A DNA stretch of 64,000 nucleotides from Chiloscyllium plagiosum (lineage: Eukaryota): contig NC_057719.1 of the NCBI RefSeq assembly GCF_004010195.1, forward strand, positions 49,877,713 through 49,941,712. The letters run 5' to 3'. The translations under genes and the position numbers were made by a program. Below the pieces are notes generated by a model. The model did not search any database. It saw nothing but the letters and a program-made list of their open reading frames with translations, and had not been told where the DNA came from. This document shows, in pieces, positions 22,969-37,192 of this stretch (position 1 is its first letter; each line of letters begins with the position of its first letter).

Positions 22969-25894
22969 TTTGGGGGGCTAGCCAGGCAATGGATTACAGT
23001 ATGAATGGTAGGATCCTGGAAAGTACTAACAATCAGAGGCACGCTGATGTAGATATCCACAGATCCCTGGCAGACCCCAGGGCAGCCTTATAAGTTGGTT
23101 AAGAAAGGATATGGCAGACTTGTCTTTATTAACCAAGGTATAAATTTAAAGAGCAGGGAGCTTATGCTGGAATTATAAGATGTTGATTTGGCCACAACTG
23201 GATTACTATGTGCAATTCTGGTTATTATATTATAGGAAGGAGATGATTGTACCAGAGAGGATGCAGAGGAAATTTATCAGGATGCTGGCTTGACTGGAAG
23301 TTCTGAACGATGAGGAAAAAATGGGGCTGTTTTCTTTGGAGCAGCAAAAGAGGTGATACATGTGTAAAAGATTATGAAGAGCAGTGATAGGGTGATTAGG
23401 AGGACACTTTTTTTTCCATTAGCAGCGTGGTTAATAACAAGGTAGCTTAGATTTCAAATAAGAGTTAGAAGGCTAAGAGAAGAGGTATGGGGAAAAAAAT
23501 CACTCAAAGGATACTAGGAGTCTGAAACTTACTGTCTGAAAGGATTATAGAGTCAGAAACTTTCATAAATATTAAGCAGTATGTAGATATTCACTTGTAG
23601 GGCAAAGGGCTGGAAAATAGATTAATATAGTCAGATCTTTTTGACACAAAGGGCTGAAATCCCTCCTCGAAACATCAATTCAGTCTACATCAACCTAAGA
23701 AGGAAATCTGCCATCATTTATCTTAACCTGCTTAATCACATTCCCATATCAATGTGGTTGTTCCTTAAATGCGCTCTGAAATGGCCTAGCAAGTCATTCA
23801 ATTGTATAAACTGCCAGAAAAAAAATGTTGATTCAGAATAAAACCAGACAGACCAGACTGTATTGACCAAGGCTCCAGATGTGACAAAGTTACACCCAAC
23901 CTATTAATCCTGCAAATTTCTCCTAACTAAGATCTGAGAACCTACATCAATATAAAGGTATGTATCCCACAGACTAGTCAAGCAATAGCCTGAAAGATCC
24001 TACTGACAAAAGGATGCCTTTCAGTCAGAGTCCCAGACATTTTCATCATCCATTGGCAGGACCGAATCAATGGAGGGGCCAGCACAGGGCATAAAATTAG
24101 CCTATTGTCCCCAAACTTCACTCTGGACACTATAGTCTCATGGTATTCAGTTAAACAACCTTACTGATTAATATCTACCATACTCCCTCAACTGATGAAT
24201 CAGTACTCCTCCCTTTGAACACCACTTAAAAGAAGCAGTTATTTGGTTGTACTCTGCGTGGGATAGCAAATAACCAAGTAGAAAAATCCAGGACAAGTGC
24301 TGGTTTGATCAGTTCACTGTTTGTGAAAATCAGGAGATGTACCTGTGAACTGTCGAGTACAGTTTAGGAATCCGTGCAGCTTAGACCCAAGGAAAGAGTA
24401 TAATCAACCAGAGTGGGAGCAGTCATTGAGGCAGTCCACAGCAAAGAGAATCTGGAGAGGGACTTTCAAATTAAGTTCAGCAAAAGGGAAGAATTATAAT
24501 CCCTTGTGAAATTTTATGACATTTAATGACGCACTGTGATATTAATGTGTAGAGAACTGCTGAGAACTCTATTGGACTTGCCTTGATCAGGTTTGTTATT
24601 TGCTGCATGCTGTGAAGTATTCAGTCACAGTCTATAATCTATATTTGCAATATTAATTCAGGGCATTAGAAGGAAGTTGTACATGTATTGTGAGTTGTTT
24701 AGTTGTTTGAACATTTTGAACCAAAGTTTACTATTCATTCAAAAGCATAGAATCTTGTGGCTTTGTTCTCCTGCTAAGTCTTCAGACCGCTTACTTTATC
24801 TCTCTCTAAAGAAAAGTTACTGGTTGCTAGCCAGAGTGTACAATGTTTGTTAGTCTGGCCTGGGATCCTATAAACAACCAAATCAAATCTTAATATATAG
24901 TAAATCAAAACACCAGTAATGTACCTAGGGGCTCTTTGATATGTTTTTCTTAATTCATTCATAGGTTGTGGGTACTACTGATGACGTAATATACATTGCT
25001 CATCCTTAATTGGTGGTGAGCTGCTTTCATGAACCAGTGCTGTGCTTTTCGGAAGGAGTTCTAAAATTTTGACCCAGCAATAGTGAAGAAATAGTGATGT
25101 ATTTCCCAAGTGAGGATTGTGTGGCATGGAGGGAAATTTTCAGGTAGTGGTCTTCCCATGTATCTGCTGCGCTTGTCTTTCTCACTGGTGGTGTCTTCTG
25201 ATCCCAGCTGATTGCACTTCGAGGTAGGAAGATCTCAGAATAAAGCCTAATTTAATGTGCTTCATTATGTTTCGTTAAATAATGTGATGGTTAGTCACTG
25301 AAATATATTCACATGAATAGCCGCACAGGAGACTGCTAAATAAATTAACAGCCAATGGTGTTAGGGACAAGGTTGGCATGGATAGAGAATTGTCTGACTG
25401 GTAGAAAGGCAGAGAGTCAGGATAAAGTCTTTTTCAGGACTGCAGCCAGTGACTAATGGAGTTCTGCAGGGGTCTGTGTTGAGACCACAACTATTCACAT
25501 GACAGAACTAACTAGATTACAAATATTAGCTGAAATCACAATTAAGAGATAGCTCAGTTACTGCCTCCCTGTTGCCTTCAGTGAAAGTCAAGCTTTTTCA
25601 TCTGAAATGCTGAGCTATACAGTACCTCATTGTCCTCAAACAAATCCAGTACTGGGGAGGATTAACGAGTATCCTCATTTTGACAGAACTAAATTCTGAC
25701 CAAATCAGCTACACTCTGGAGTCTTCCTTTCCCTATCAAAATTAGTTCAGACTTTGCAAAAATGTTTAGCTTTATCAGGTTTCCATCTCATCCTTAAAGT
25801 ATTTTTCTATCGAAGCTAAACTGTTAGATGAACATTTTTTCCTACCACCGTTTGAATTTGTTGTCATTCTTGTTTATTTGCACATTTTTCTTAC

Positions 25895-26038
25895 TTTGCG
25901 CTATCATCTAGTTTATTGAATATAGCCCAAGACAAGAGCATTTTAAAACTCAATTACAGGGCCACGAATAAATCTTCTCAGCAAGTCTGCAATGGTCAGC
26001 CCAAAGGTGAAGTTCAAAGTCAGCTACTTCAGTGCTGC
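25895..26038 (-). pseudogene. Candidate decayed exon (144 nt)
   Basis: Long pyrimidine tract plus AG acceptor, AAA|GTAAGA donor. Translation AALK*LTLNFTFGLTIADLLRRFIRGPVIEF*NALVLGYIQ* has several stops. Confidence 0.3.
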
Positions 26039-27386
26039 CTTTAAAGAGTTATCGAAGTCAAAGGAGAAAACATAAGGAGGTTTCGAAAGAATTGTTTAAA
26101 TACCTAAACTGAAAACTGGTGGCCTGAATTCACAAATGAGAGGATTAATTATATCAGATAAACATGTCTCATGAGACTTCATGATTGTAATATCTCTACA
26201 GAAATTATCAGAGATTGGCAGCAAAATATGAAATGGAGGTAACTAAGTAAATAAAACCCTTCAATTGGCTTCCAGAAGAGCCACCAGTTCTGTGGAAGTT
26301 TACATGCAACCTGCAAAATTTTCATTATTATTCATCCTTCAGATATTGCGCTTTCTTTTCTCCAAATGCTGAGAAAACTTGCGTAAACTTAGCTAAGATA
26401 CAATCAAAACTTAGCTATTTAGTAATATTCACAACCGAACAAGAGTCAGTTAATTCGACATTCCCTCAATTGTAATAAAAAGCCAGACGAAAGTGAACAT
26501 AGGCCAAAGATGTGGCAAAAGTACTGTGACAGTAGGTTCTGATCTACACTTCTCTTGATCATGACTCCTAATGGAAGTACTGATTTTATCATAAATCTTT
26601 TCTTAGAGAACTTTCTGCTGTTCACTTTCAACACTGAGTGCCAGCATTATGGAAAACACTTCATTTGTATTATTCAGGAAGGCCTAAAGAATGGGGGAAG
26701 TGGAGCTTAGCCCTTGATCATTTTTTATATAAAGAAATACTCCCTGATGCCTGTCCTAGCTCTAAAAGCAAACATTTAGCACATTAACTCTTCTTTTGTC
26801 CAATTCCACATGGCATTAACATTCTCCCTGACTATCAACACATTATACAGTGTAATTCTACAACAGTACAAATAAAAAATATTGTCAAATTGATAACTTA
26901 ATTCTTTGATAATGCTGAAAGTGCTAAAATATCCTAAGAATTTTATATTTTGTTTCCAGTGTTCTTAGAGAATTATCAAAAGATTTACTGAACAGAATTA
27001 AGACTTGTTGTAACTCTTTTTGTACTTACATTTTCACCAATATATCCTAGAAAAAATGTCAAGCACAGCATAACAAATTCTGAATTGCACCTGAATAATG
27101 CATTTGACTCTGTAAGTAATGAGTCTCTTTCAATTGTGCTCCAAAGATTTATATGTAATTACAAATAATGGCACTTTAGCTTTGAATGTAGAGTAAATGA
27201 AGGGGGTCATGTGACCTGCTCTGCATCTGACTAATAGCAAGCCTGGATGGTTTGATTATTGGAGATATAGGATGGTTCAGATTGTTTTATGAAAAAGAAG
27301 GTGAAGACATTTCCATGCATTTACTTCTAAGCTGAAAGGCATTTGAGGTTAAGAAAAGCTAATTAACATTTCTATCCAGATAGAAG

Positions 27387-27510
27387 GTTTTTTAAAAATA
27401 TATTTTTATTGAAATAATAGATTTTTAAATATTACAACAAGTACAAAACAATACAATTCAAAACAGTACAATCCCCCCCGCAAAACAAAATCCCCAACCC
27501 ACCCTCATGG
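27387..27510 (-). mobile_element. Short polyA-tailed retroposon 3' end (L1/Tx1-like)
   Basis: Minus-strand AATAAA plus A-rich tail, and 9-bp TSD AGATAGAAG at 27378-27386 and 27511-27519. Confidence 0.65.
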
Positions 27511-27940
27511 AGATAGAAGATTCATGGATTTCACATTGCCATGTAGAAGTGGATAGAGGAGACCATATTTGAGATCAGGTTACAAGCTTCCCTATTAATC
27601 AGTGAATTACACAGTCATACTGCAGATGTGTGGTCTGCAAGGAGAAGTTGCTTTACTTTGTCAGTTATTCCTGCAGCGGAGGGCACTTCTGCTGCCATCT
27701 ATGAATTCTGGGAGGTATGTTCCAGCATGCCCAAAAACAAGAAGAATAAGTAGAGTGAGCTTTGCCATTACTAGTTTATTTAAGAAATTACCCCCAAAAA
27801 CTAAGAGAACCCACTGGAAATGATCACTTGAAATTAATACTCAGTGAATTATGCAAATGGAAAAGCTGTGGATGCTGGCAGCAACAGTAATCTGGTTTCT
27901 ATAGGCCTTTAATGTCATGGAGTGTACAATGGGAAATAAA

Positions 27941-28375
27941 TATAGAACATAGATATAGAACATAGAACAGTACAGCACAGTACAGGCCCTTCGGACCACG
28001 ATATTGTGCTGAGCATTTATCGTAATCTAAAATCAACCTAACCTAAACATCCCTCAATTTACTAACATCCATGTGCTTGTCCAGCAGTCACTTAAATGTC
28101 CCTAATGTCTCTGACTCTACTACCACCACTGGCAGTGCATTCTACGCACCCACCACTCTCTGCGTAAAGAACCTACCTCTGACATCTCCCCTAAACCTTC
28201 CTCCAATCACCTTAAATTTATGACCCCTCATGACAGCCATTTCTGTCCTGGGGAAAAGTCTCTGGCTATTTACTCTATCTATGCCACTCATTATCTTGTA
28301 CACCTCTACCAACTCACCTCTCTTCCTTCTTCTCTCCAGTGTGAAAAGCCCTAACTCACTCAACTTTTCTTCATA
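27941..28375 (-). mobile_element. CR1 LINE 3' end (third family)
   Basis: ORF 28142-28417 YEEKLSELGLFTLERRRKRGELVEVYKI..FFTQRVV, with a (TTCTATG/A)n tail. Confidence 0.92.
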
Positions 28376-28864
28376 ATAGATAGAAAATGAATGTAACTTT
28401 CTTCTGTTAAAATACAACTAAATTTGTTTAGTTACAGTTCTGTTTAGAATTCTAGCATCTACAAATTTCAGTTTCTACAGAATCAAACTACAGTAGTAAT
28501 CTGATTTTCATTGCAATTCCTGTAGGGAAGAGAATTTTGGAAAATGCCAGAAGTCTAATTAGAGAAGTAAAACTGCCCCCTTTAGAAAACTCACATTCAA
28601 TAAAATGACATTCTTACTCAGCAAAAAGTAAATGTGAATAAGAAATATTAACTATCCAATCAATCTGTCAGTTTAGATTTAGACTCCAGAGTAAATATTT
28701 CTAGTCAGTCAAACCCACAACATGATATTCTGATTCTGGCTGTAAAAATGAGAAAATATTGAAAACTATAAAACAATTAATGGCACTGGAAATTTACCTG
28801 TGCATAATAATAAAATCCGAAAGTCTAGAGTAAAATATTTTATATCTACAAGGAAGTTCGTCTC

Positions 28865-30465
28865 AATCTATGCTCGCTTTGAGCAGAGTTTCAGTGGAGA
28901 GCTAACATCTATTCCAACAAGCCCTGACAAACCTATTCCAGCAGTCACTGCATCAGAGGTCAGATCAGTTTTCCTACGTACGAATCCAAGGAAAGTGATG
29001 GGACCAGATAGAGTACCAGGCCGTGCACTCAGCATGTGCAGATCAACTGGCAGAGGTCTTCTCAGACATCTTCCAACCTCTCCCTGCCTGTTTCAAGAGG
29101 GCAACATCATCCCTGTGCCTAAGAAGGTCCATGCAACATGTCTCAATAACTACGGCCCAGTGGCCCTAACTTTGGTGGTCATGAAGTGCTTTGAAAGGCT
29201 GGTCATGACATTAATCAACTCCAGCCTCCCCACTACTCTTGACCCACTCCAACTTTCCTATCGGAACAACAGATTCACGTCAGATGCCATATCACTTGCC
29301 CTTCACTCCTCCCGAGAACGTCTTGACACCAAGAATAGCTACCTAAGAATCCTACTGATTGACTACAGTTCAGCCTTCAATACTATTATCCCCTCGAGAC
29401 TGATTACTAAACTTAGTGATCTCGGACTAAGCCCCACTCTCTGCAAGTGGATCCTCGGTTTCCTGACCCACAGCCCACACTCAGTGAAGACTAGGGACAA
29501 TATTTCATTCTCACTAACACTCAACACTGGAGCCCCCCAAGGGGTGCGTACTCAGCCCTCTACTGTACTCACTGTATACCCATGACTGCGTCGCCAAATA
29601 TCAGACTAATGCCATTTATAAGTTTGCTGATGACACCACCATAGTCGGTCAAATCTCAGATGGCAACAAAACCGACTACAGCAGGAGGTGGAAGACCTGG
29701 AAAAATGGTGCACTGAGAACAATCTAGCTCTCAATGCCGGCAAAACCAAGGAACTCATCATTGACTTTCTGTGGGATGTGTAAGGATGCCCCTTACACAT
29801 TAACAGCACAGAGGTGGATTGAGTGGACAGTGTCAAACTCCTGGGAGTGGTCATCAACAAAAAGCTTTCTTGGACTCTTTATGTGGACGCACTGGTTACA
29901 AAGGCCCAACAACGTCTCTTCTTCCTCAGGCAGCTGAGGAAATTTGGCATGACGGTGAATACCCTTGCCAACTTCTATAGGTGCACCATTGAGAGCATTC
30001 TATCTGGATGTATCACTACCTGGTATGGCCACTGTACCATTCAAGATCGGAGATGGTTATAGAGAGTGGTGAACTCGGCCCGGACAATCACAAAGGCCAA
30101 CCTGCCATCTATAGAATCCGTCTATCAGGCCCACTGTCAAGGAAGGCCACCAGCATTTTTAAAGATCTATCCCACCCTGGCAATGTTTTTCTACAACATC
30201 TACCATCAGGGAGAAGGTACAGAAGCCTGAAGACATGCACCAGCTGGTTTTGTAACAGTTTCTACCCTATTGTTGTTAGGATACTGAATAGACTCACAAA
30301 CTCTTAACATTTGCCTGTACCTGTGTTTTGTTTTTGCTGCTGTTTACCTATTATTTACTTATCTATGCTACTTAACTATGTGATCTGCCTGTATTGCTCT
30401 CAAGACAAAGGTTTTCACTGTGCCTCGGTACACGTGACAATATAGGTAAATTTAATTCAATTCAA
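28865..30465 (+). mobile_element. Rex1/Babar-clade non-LTR retrotransposon, 5'-truncated
   Basis: NPRKVMGPD, IIPVPKK, VALTLVVMKCFERLV, LDPLQ, LIDYSSAFNTI, NTGAPQG, FADDTT, AQQRLFFLRQLRKFG and NFYRCTIESILSGCITTWYG motifs. (AATTC)n tail; frameshifted. Confidence 0.9.
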
Positions 30466-33400
30466 CTTTGACTGGTGAAATCAATTCTGTCACAGAATGA
30501 CATAATCCGTTGAATTATTAAAGTGATTAAAGTGCAAAGAAAGACCCTTCAGCATACCATGTCTGTACTGGCTATCAGTATAAGGATTTCCCCTAATTTG
30601 CAATGCTGCATAATGTTCCTTTCTAAATATCAAAAGATGAATGGAATGTACACTCACTGTAGTCCAATGGGTGCAGCATCAATTAGAAGCATTTTACCCA
30701 AGTTGTAATGTAGCCAATCATATACTAGAGTTATAATCTCCACATTAGACTTAAAATTTCTTTAATAACCAAAATGCGATCAATTTATTAATTAGCCAAA
30801 ATCCATTCAATGAAAATGCAACAAACAGTCAGAGAGAGACAGGCAGACAGAGACTGGCAGAGAGAGACAGGCACATCAGATAAAGGAAATAAAAATGTGT
30901 TATTCTCCGCAGCGATTCACTTTCAAAAGAAGAACATTTTCTGGACAACAGTGGTTACTTTTGGAGAAAGAATAAAGAATACAATGTTCCAAATGCTGTC
31001 AATCTGAAGTTCTTGCCTATATAGTCAAATCACTAATCACATGTGTTGTCTGTGGAGTTTTGGCATATGCTAAAAATAATTTAACAGCAAAATGGGTGTA
31101 CCTACACAAATGCACTGCAGTCATTATGAAAGACTACTCATTACTAGCTTCTCGAGGTCAATCTCGATGGTCAACATATGCTGGCCCCGTCAAGAGAAGC
31201 CTGTAAACTCTGTGAATGAATTAATCATCAGTAATTTCAGTCAACCTTCAGAAGAACAACTAGGTATATCCCTGAGCTCACAACAGAAATAATACAGAAA
31301 ATGGAGTCATGGATTGAGCAGCTTGTTCTCTAGCAGGCTTTCCTCAACAAACAAATCCAAACACAAAGTCCAAAGTCTGACAAAACACAGTAACCATTAA
31401 ACTTTGTTGTGAACCAGTCAGGTTTTTCCCTGAAGTAAGTCCAAGCAACCATCACTAGCAATTCTGGTGCCATGTAGTTTCCAAGAATTTTTTTTTTAAC
31501 TAAGGTCCAATATGTCTTTTCATTGACCTTATATTTTTAAAAATCTAGTTATCTCCAAAATCCTTCAGACTAAAATCCACAAAACAAATAAACAGGAAAT
31601 GCTTGCAAAACAAATAACTATCATGTCTGAGTTCAAACGTTATAATGACCTAGCCAATCTAACCCACCAGGATTTAACCTGATAGCATTCGTTGTTCTAT
31701 GTGATTAAAAATCAATTATTGTAATGCTGTAATTTTGTTGTTGCTTTTTGAGCAGAAATCTATCACCACGGACAAGCTCTAAATATCATTTGTTAAAGTA
31801 TTTGGAAAGATTTGTAGTGCAATAGAATGAATTATTCATAAGATGTGTAATTCAATCTCATTGTTAATATTGGTTCTGTTTACAGTTGCCGCAGTGTTAG
31901 TGTGCAAATTGATAAATATTCATGAGTCTCCCACTGAATTGATAGGCTGTAATACTGTTAAGATTTACAAACTCTGGCTGCAAAATTCAACTCTCCCAGC
32001 ACTACTGTTTTCAGTATTACAGGAGTACAAAAAGGAGCAGAAATGACTCTTTGATGATTTCCCCCCGTACCCACCCCAATTTTCATTTTAGCAAAGGTAG
32101 TAACATAGGCACTTCATGTTGTATCTGAAGCATTTACTATTGGCAGACCATGATGTCAATCAGATTTGGCACCACTCTGCTACTTTGGAACTTGCAGGTC
32201 CTATAACACCTTCTCCTAAACACATACAGACCTGAATAGAGCCTTAACTAGCATTTCTTTAACAGAATCGCCACACAACATTCAGGAGTGATGTTTCTGA
32301 CTTTTGTTTGCTGTTGCAGAAGTGGAAGTGCTGTATGCTATGTGGTTTGATCCATTCACACAATCCTTCAAGTCAAAAGAAATCCAAACACTTCTTGAAA
32401 CTCTGTGCTAAATTGAAGCCTGATTCATCCAATCTTCTTGATGATGACATTAAGGCTCTCTGGCAGGCTGGGTTGTTCTGCAGATATTGGTCCTGGATTG
32501 TCATCTTCCTTTAAGATGGTGTGCAGCCTGTGTGATGGTTGGCTACGGTAGAAATATCAAGTGCCACTGAAATACTTTATACTGAGGTCACAAATGAAAT
32601 AGAATTAAATGATACAGGAGACCATTTGAAACCAAAATAGACAGAATATAGTTAGAAGGCTACAGACACAAGGTTTAATTATGGATAAATCATGAAAAAG
32701 AGAAGATATTATGTATTAAGCCATAAAAGGTATAAAACCATCCATTTTTCCCTTGAGAAGGCAGAAAATCACTATTTTGCCTGCAAAAGGTAGAACATCT
32801 TAATTTTGACTGTAAAAATCTGTACAAATCATATAAGCAGTACAGATATTCAGTATTACTATTTAACAGAATTAAAAGCTCTAAAAGAAGGAAATGAATA
32901 AGCATTGCTTTATTGCATGGTTTAAGAGCTTCAAGACAGGCTATGAAACAGGTTTACTATTTACAGAAGTAAAAGTTTTCAAGGGAAAGAGATTACAGCA
33001 ACATTGAGATACTGCAGAATTCAAAGTAAGAATAATAAATAATTCCATAAGAAAGACATGGCAGAAGAAATACTACCTGTAATATTTAATATCAGATTTG
33101 GGTCAGTTAAAACACAGACTAGGACATCTTGGAGAAAACAGTTCTTACGATTAGAATTGCCTAAAAATTGATTACTAAAAGATAATCTGACCAAATAAAT
33201 ACATTATTGCATTCAGTAAAGTCTGTAGGTGGTGATGTTATGGTTATCATGAATTGGTGAGACATAAAAGAAGGCAGAGAAATGTTTCAAAATATGCTAC
33301 AAGTTCTAGCAATTTTAAAAAAAATTCATTGAGGAAAAGTGGGCATCACTGGCAAGGCTAACATTCAATGTCAATCCCCATCTATCCTTGAGAAGATGGT

Positions 33401-34901
33401 GGTAAGCTGCCTTCTGTCCAACTCAGTATCCGTTCAACTCGCTGTTCCTCCCTCTCTATCTACAGAATAAAAAGGCATCATTTTCCAGCCCCTTTAAGTT
33501 CTGAAGAACAGTCATATTGGACTGGAAATGCTTCTCTCTCCACAGATGCTGGCAGACCTGCTGACTTGCAAAAGCACTTTCTGTTTTTATTTCAGATTTC
33601 CAGCATCCAAATATTTTGTTTTTATTAGAGTCACAATTCATTTGACAAAAATGTAATCAGTGAAATCAGCTTATTAAAGATTTTATATTGCATATCTCGC
33701 ACTTCTATTACATATGTTAAGAGATGGTTGGCTCAAATGGCTCAACAGCGTGTGGTTCAGAATAACGTCAATAGCATGGGCTTGATTCTGCTATGGCTGA
33801 GTTAGACAGAGGACAAAATGCCTCACCTGTCACTGAATTTGGAAGGCAATGGCAAACCATCATTTATAATGCTGGCTAAGAAAGGGCTTCAAGGTCCTAT
33901 CTTTGGGGAGAGCATACATGAATATATTATACATCACGATCCCAACGCTTGCTAATGGACTAACCAACAAATCCTTTTTGTGATTCCTCACTTAATGGAG
34001 CGAATATAAAATGGATAATTATATTCATGATAAATGAGTAGATATTTTAGTATTGTCCCAGTCTTAATTTAGTGAGAAAATTTGCAAGTTGATCAACAGT
34101 CACCAATGCCATGATATGGACATTCTTTCCAAAACTAGACTAGGCATTTAACAAGCAAATAGGTAGCTGGTACATTGCAGCAGGCTATTAACATGGGCTT
34201 CCATAACACCTAAGATGTAGACAGGAGGCCATACTTACCAAACTCAAGTATCCCAGCAGATATAATCTCAAACTTAGGTCAGAAGTTCTAGCCTCCACCC
34301 ATCCGCTTGTCTGCTCCTGACTGGAGGTTGCAAACACTTGCTGAGGAATATTATATAAATTAAAAGAAGACTAAGTGCCAAGGATGGGAAAGATGCTGCC
34401 ATCCCACAGGAAATAAGGGAGACAATTGCAGAAACCATCAAAATTATAATTCAAGGCACTACTGATTTTTTAACACATGCTGTAGAATTGATGAGGCAAT
34501 TAATCAATGTAATTGTAGGCCTGTTAGTTTAACATCTGCGACAGCAAATTTTTAAAGTCTCACACTCCAAGAATTATATGAAAGTTGTGAAACACAATCA
34601 ATTCTTTTGATATCTTGCTAGACTCAGCTATTTACTCTTCATCTAAATGTGTGATAATTTTATTCTTATTTAGAATAGATAGCATACATGCTCCATGGGA
34701 CATTCAGTGGATTTAGAATACTTGGGATAGAATTTTATTGGCAGGAGGACATATTTGTAATTTTCTTTGTGGGCAGGTGAGGCTTGGAGCAGCCTGTTCT
34801 CATTCATTCCATTAAGTTAATAGTCACTTAACAGCTGCCTTCTGCTCAGTCTTCAGCATTGCAGACAGTGAAAGGAGAGCTGTCAACTGGCCCTCTTTCT
34901 A

Positions 34902-35115
34902 TGAGGTGAAAGTGAGTACTGCAGATGCTGGAGATTAGAGCCAAGCGTGTGGTGACTGAAAAGCACAGCAGGTGAGGCAGCATCCAAGGAGCAGGAAGAT
35001 CAATGTTTCGGGCAAAAGCTCTTCATCAGGAAACATTTTTGCCTGAAACATTGATTTTCCTGCTCCTCAGATGCTGCTTAACACGCTGTGCTTTTCCAGC
35101 ACCATACTCTTGGCA
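34902..35115. mobile_element. Fold-back PLE terminus insertion, family A
   Basis: Inverted pLTR halves, minus-strand hammerhead at 35002-35029, TSD CTCTTTCTA at 34893-34901 and 35116-35124. Confidence 0.85.
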
Positions 35116-35181
35116 CTCTTTCTACATCTGGCAAACCTCACTCAAGGTTAAACCTCTACAGTACTGTCTCCACAATCTACC

Positions 35182-35301
35182 CTTCAAAATATAACATCCA
35201 GCCTCTTCAAAATATAACATCCAGCCTCTTCAAAATATAACATCCAGCCTCTTCTAAATATAACATCCAGCTCCTTCAAAATATAACATCCAGCTCCTTC
35301 A
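35182..35301. repeat. Minisatellite, 23-bp unit x ~5
   Basis: Head-to-tail CTTCAAAATATAACATCCAGCCT/CTC with no spacers. Confidence 0.92.
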
Positions 35302-35551
35302 TACCCACTATCCCTGCACTGCTCTGGATCTACAGGACTCAAACCATTATCCATGTTTCTGTCTCCATAGATGCTACCAGATCTATTGAGTTTCTCCGGC
35401 ATTTTCTGTATTTTTAACCCTCAGCCTCCTCTTCTCCAACTTCCATATTACCAATTTCCATACGTCATGCTGTTCGAGCACTTTGACTGCGAGTTCAGTT
35501 AGTAGTGCCAGCAGTGGCTGGAACATAATTCTGTGTCTTAAGGAAGACATA

Positions 35552-36302
35552 CTTAGAGTCAGAGAGACTTAGAGATGTACAGCACGGAAACAGACCCTTC
35601 GGTCCAACCCATCCATGCCGACCAGATATCCTAATCCAATCTAGTCCCACCTGCCAGCACCTGGCCCATATCTCTCCAAACACTTGCTGTTCATATACCC
35701 ATCCAGATGCCTTTTAAATGTTGCAATTGTACCAGCCTCCACCACTTCCTCTGGGAACCCATTCCACACATGCACCACGCTCTGCATGAAAAAGCTGCCC
35801 CTTAGGTCTCTTTTATGTCTTTCCCCTCTCACCCTAAACCTATGCCCTCTACTTCTGGACTCCCCCAGCCCAGGGAAAATACTTTGTCTATTTACCCTGT
35901 CCATGCTCCTCATGATTTTATAAACCTTGATAAGATCACCCCTCAGCCTTCGATACTCCAGGGAAAACAGCCCTAGCTTATTCAACTTCTCCCGAAAGCT
36001 CAAATCCTCCAACCCTGGCAACATCCTTGTAAATCTTTTCTGAAACCGTTCAAGTTTCACAGCATCATTCCAATAGGAAGGAGACCAGAATTGCACACAA
36101 TATTCCAAAAGTGGCCTAACCAATGTCCTGTACAGCCACAACATGACCTCCCAACTCCTGTACTCAATACTCTGACCAATAAAGGAAAGCATACCAAACG
36201 CCTTCTTCACTATCCTATCTACCTGCGACTCCACTTTTAAGGAGCTATGAACCTGCACTCCAAGGTCACCTTGTTCAGCAATACTCCCCAGGACATTACC
36301 AT
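35552..36302 (-). mobile_element. CR1 LINE 3' end (young family)
   Basis: ORF 35641-36258 (205 aa) is nearly the same as ORF 5893-6447. Confidence 0.95.
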
Positions 36303-36869
36303 ACCTCTGGCTGATTAATGTTCCTCGTCACATTAAATAGCTGCAGAGGATCTTTGATTGGCAGGAATTCATATACTACCAACCTCTGTTGTCAGGATGG
36401 GAAACTTTGCCATTGTAAAATACTGCACATGGACTTTAGGGAAGATTTTGATAAGGCACCACATTGAGGTTTCAAATGAAGGTCGAGGAGTAGGAAATGT
36501 GAAAACTAGCTATCTCGATTAAAAATAGATCAAAATACAGAAAACACAGTAGAAGTTCAGGTATTTTTATGATATTTGCAAGTGGGTAGCAGTGCCCCAT
36601 GGGGTTCAGTTCTGGAGTTATTTCTGTTCAGTGTTTATAGCAATGAGTTGGATAGTGACCATACAGAATATCCTGTTGCAATTTGTTTATGTTATCAAAT
36701 GACGTGCAGTCAATACTTTCAGAAGGTCAAAGGAAACCACAAAGGATAAGATGTGTAATGAGCTAACAAGGTGGGAGGTGAAATTCATGAAATTATGCAA
36801 ATATTCATGAGATGAATTTTGATTAAAAATGGCTATAGCAATTGTATTCAAAATGAATCACACAATCCC

Positions 36870-37192
36870 AACAGTGTGGAAAGACCATTCAGCCCAGAAA
36901 GTCCATGCTGATTATCTAAAAAACATCCCACACAGACTCACCCCATCACTGTAATTCTCATGGCTAACCTGCCTAACCTACACATCCCTGAACACTCTGG
37001 CCACCTTAGCATGGCCAATCCACCTAAACTGCACATCTTTGGACTGTGGGAGAAAGCCAGAGCACCTGGAGGAAACCCACACAGACACAGGGAGAACGTA
37101 CAAACTCCTCACAATCACCTGAGGCTGGAATTGAGCCCAGGTCCCTAGTACTATAAGGAAGTACTACTAATCACTGAGGCACTGTGCCACCC
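36870..37192 (-). mobile_element. HE1-type V-SINE, diverged
   Basis: Reverse complement of the HE1 head and V-domain. Confidence 0.8.

Larger units (their letters stand above)
20950..23660 (+). mobile_element. Old CR1 RT, split by a LINE (21540-22450, minus) and a PLE end (22742-22968)
   Basis: NYRSISLTSVV, DVVYMVFSNVLNKVP and NPEKCEVMHLG remnants continue across the insertions. Confidence 0.75.

Noticed and set aside
28800..29585. 261-aa ORF as an intact RT, retron or DGR-type gene
   Set aside because: It is a frameshifted, 5'-truncated Rex1/Babar LINE with no accessory gene or template/variable repeat pair.
35182..35301. 23-bp repeats as a CRISPR array
   Set aside because: The units are directly adjacent with no unique spacers, there are no cas genes, and the context is vertebrate.
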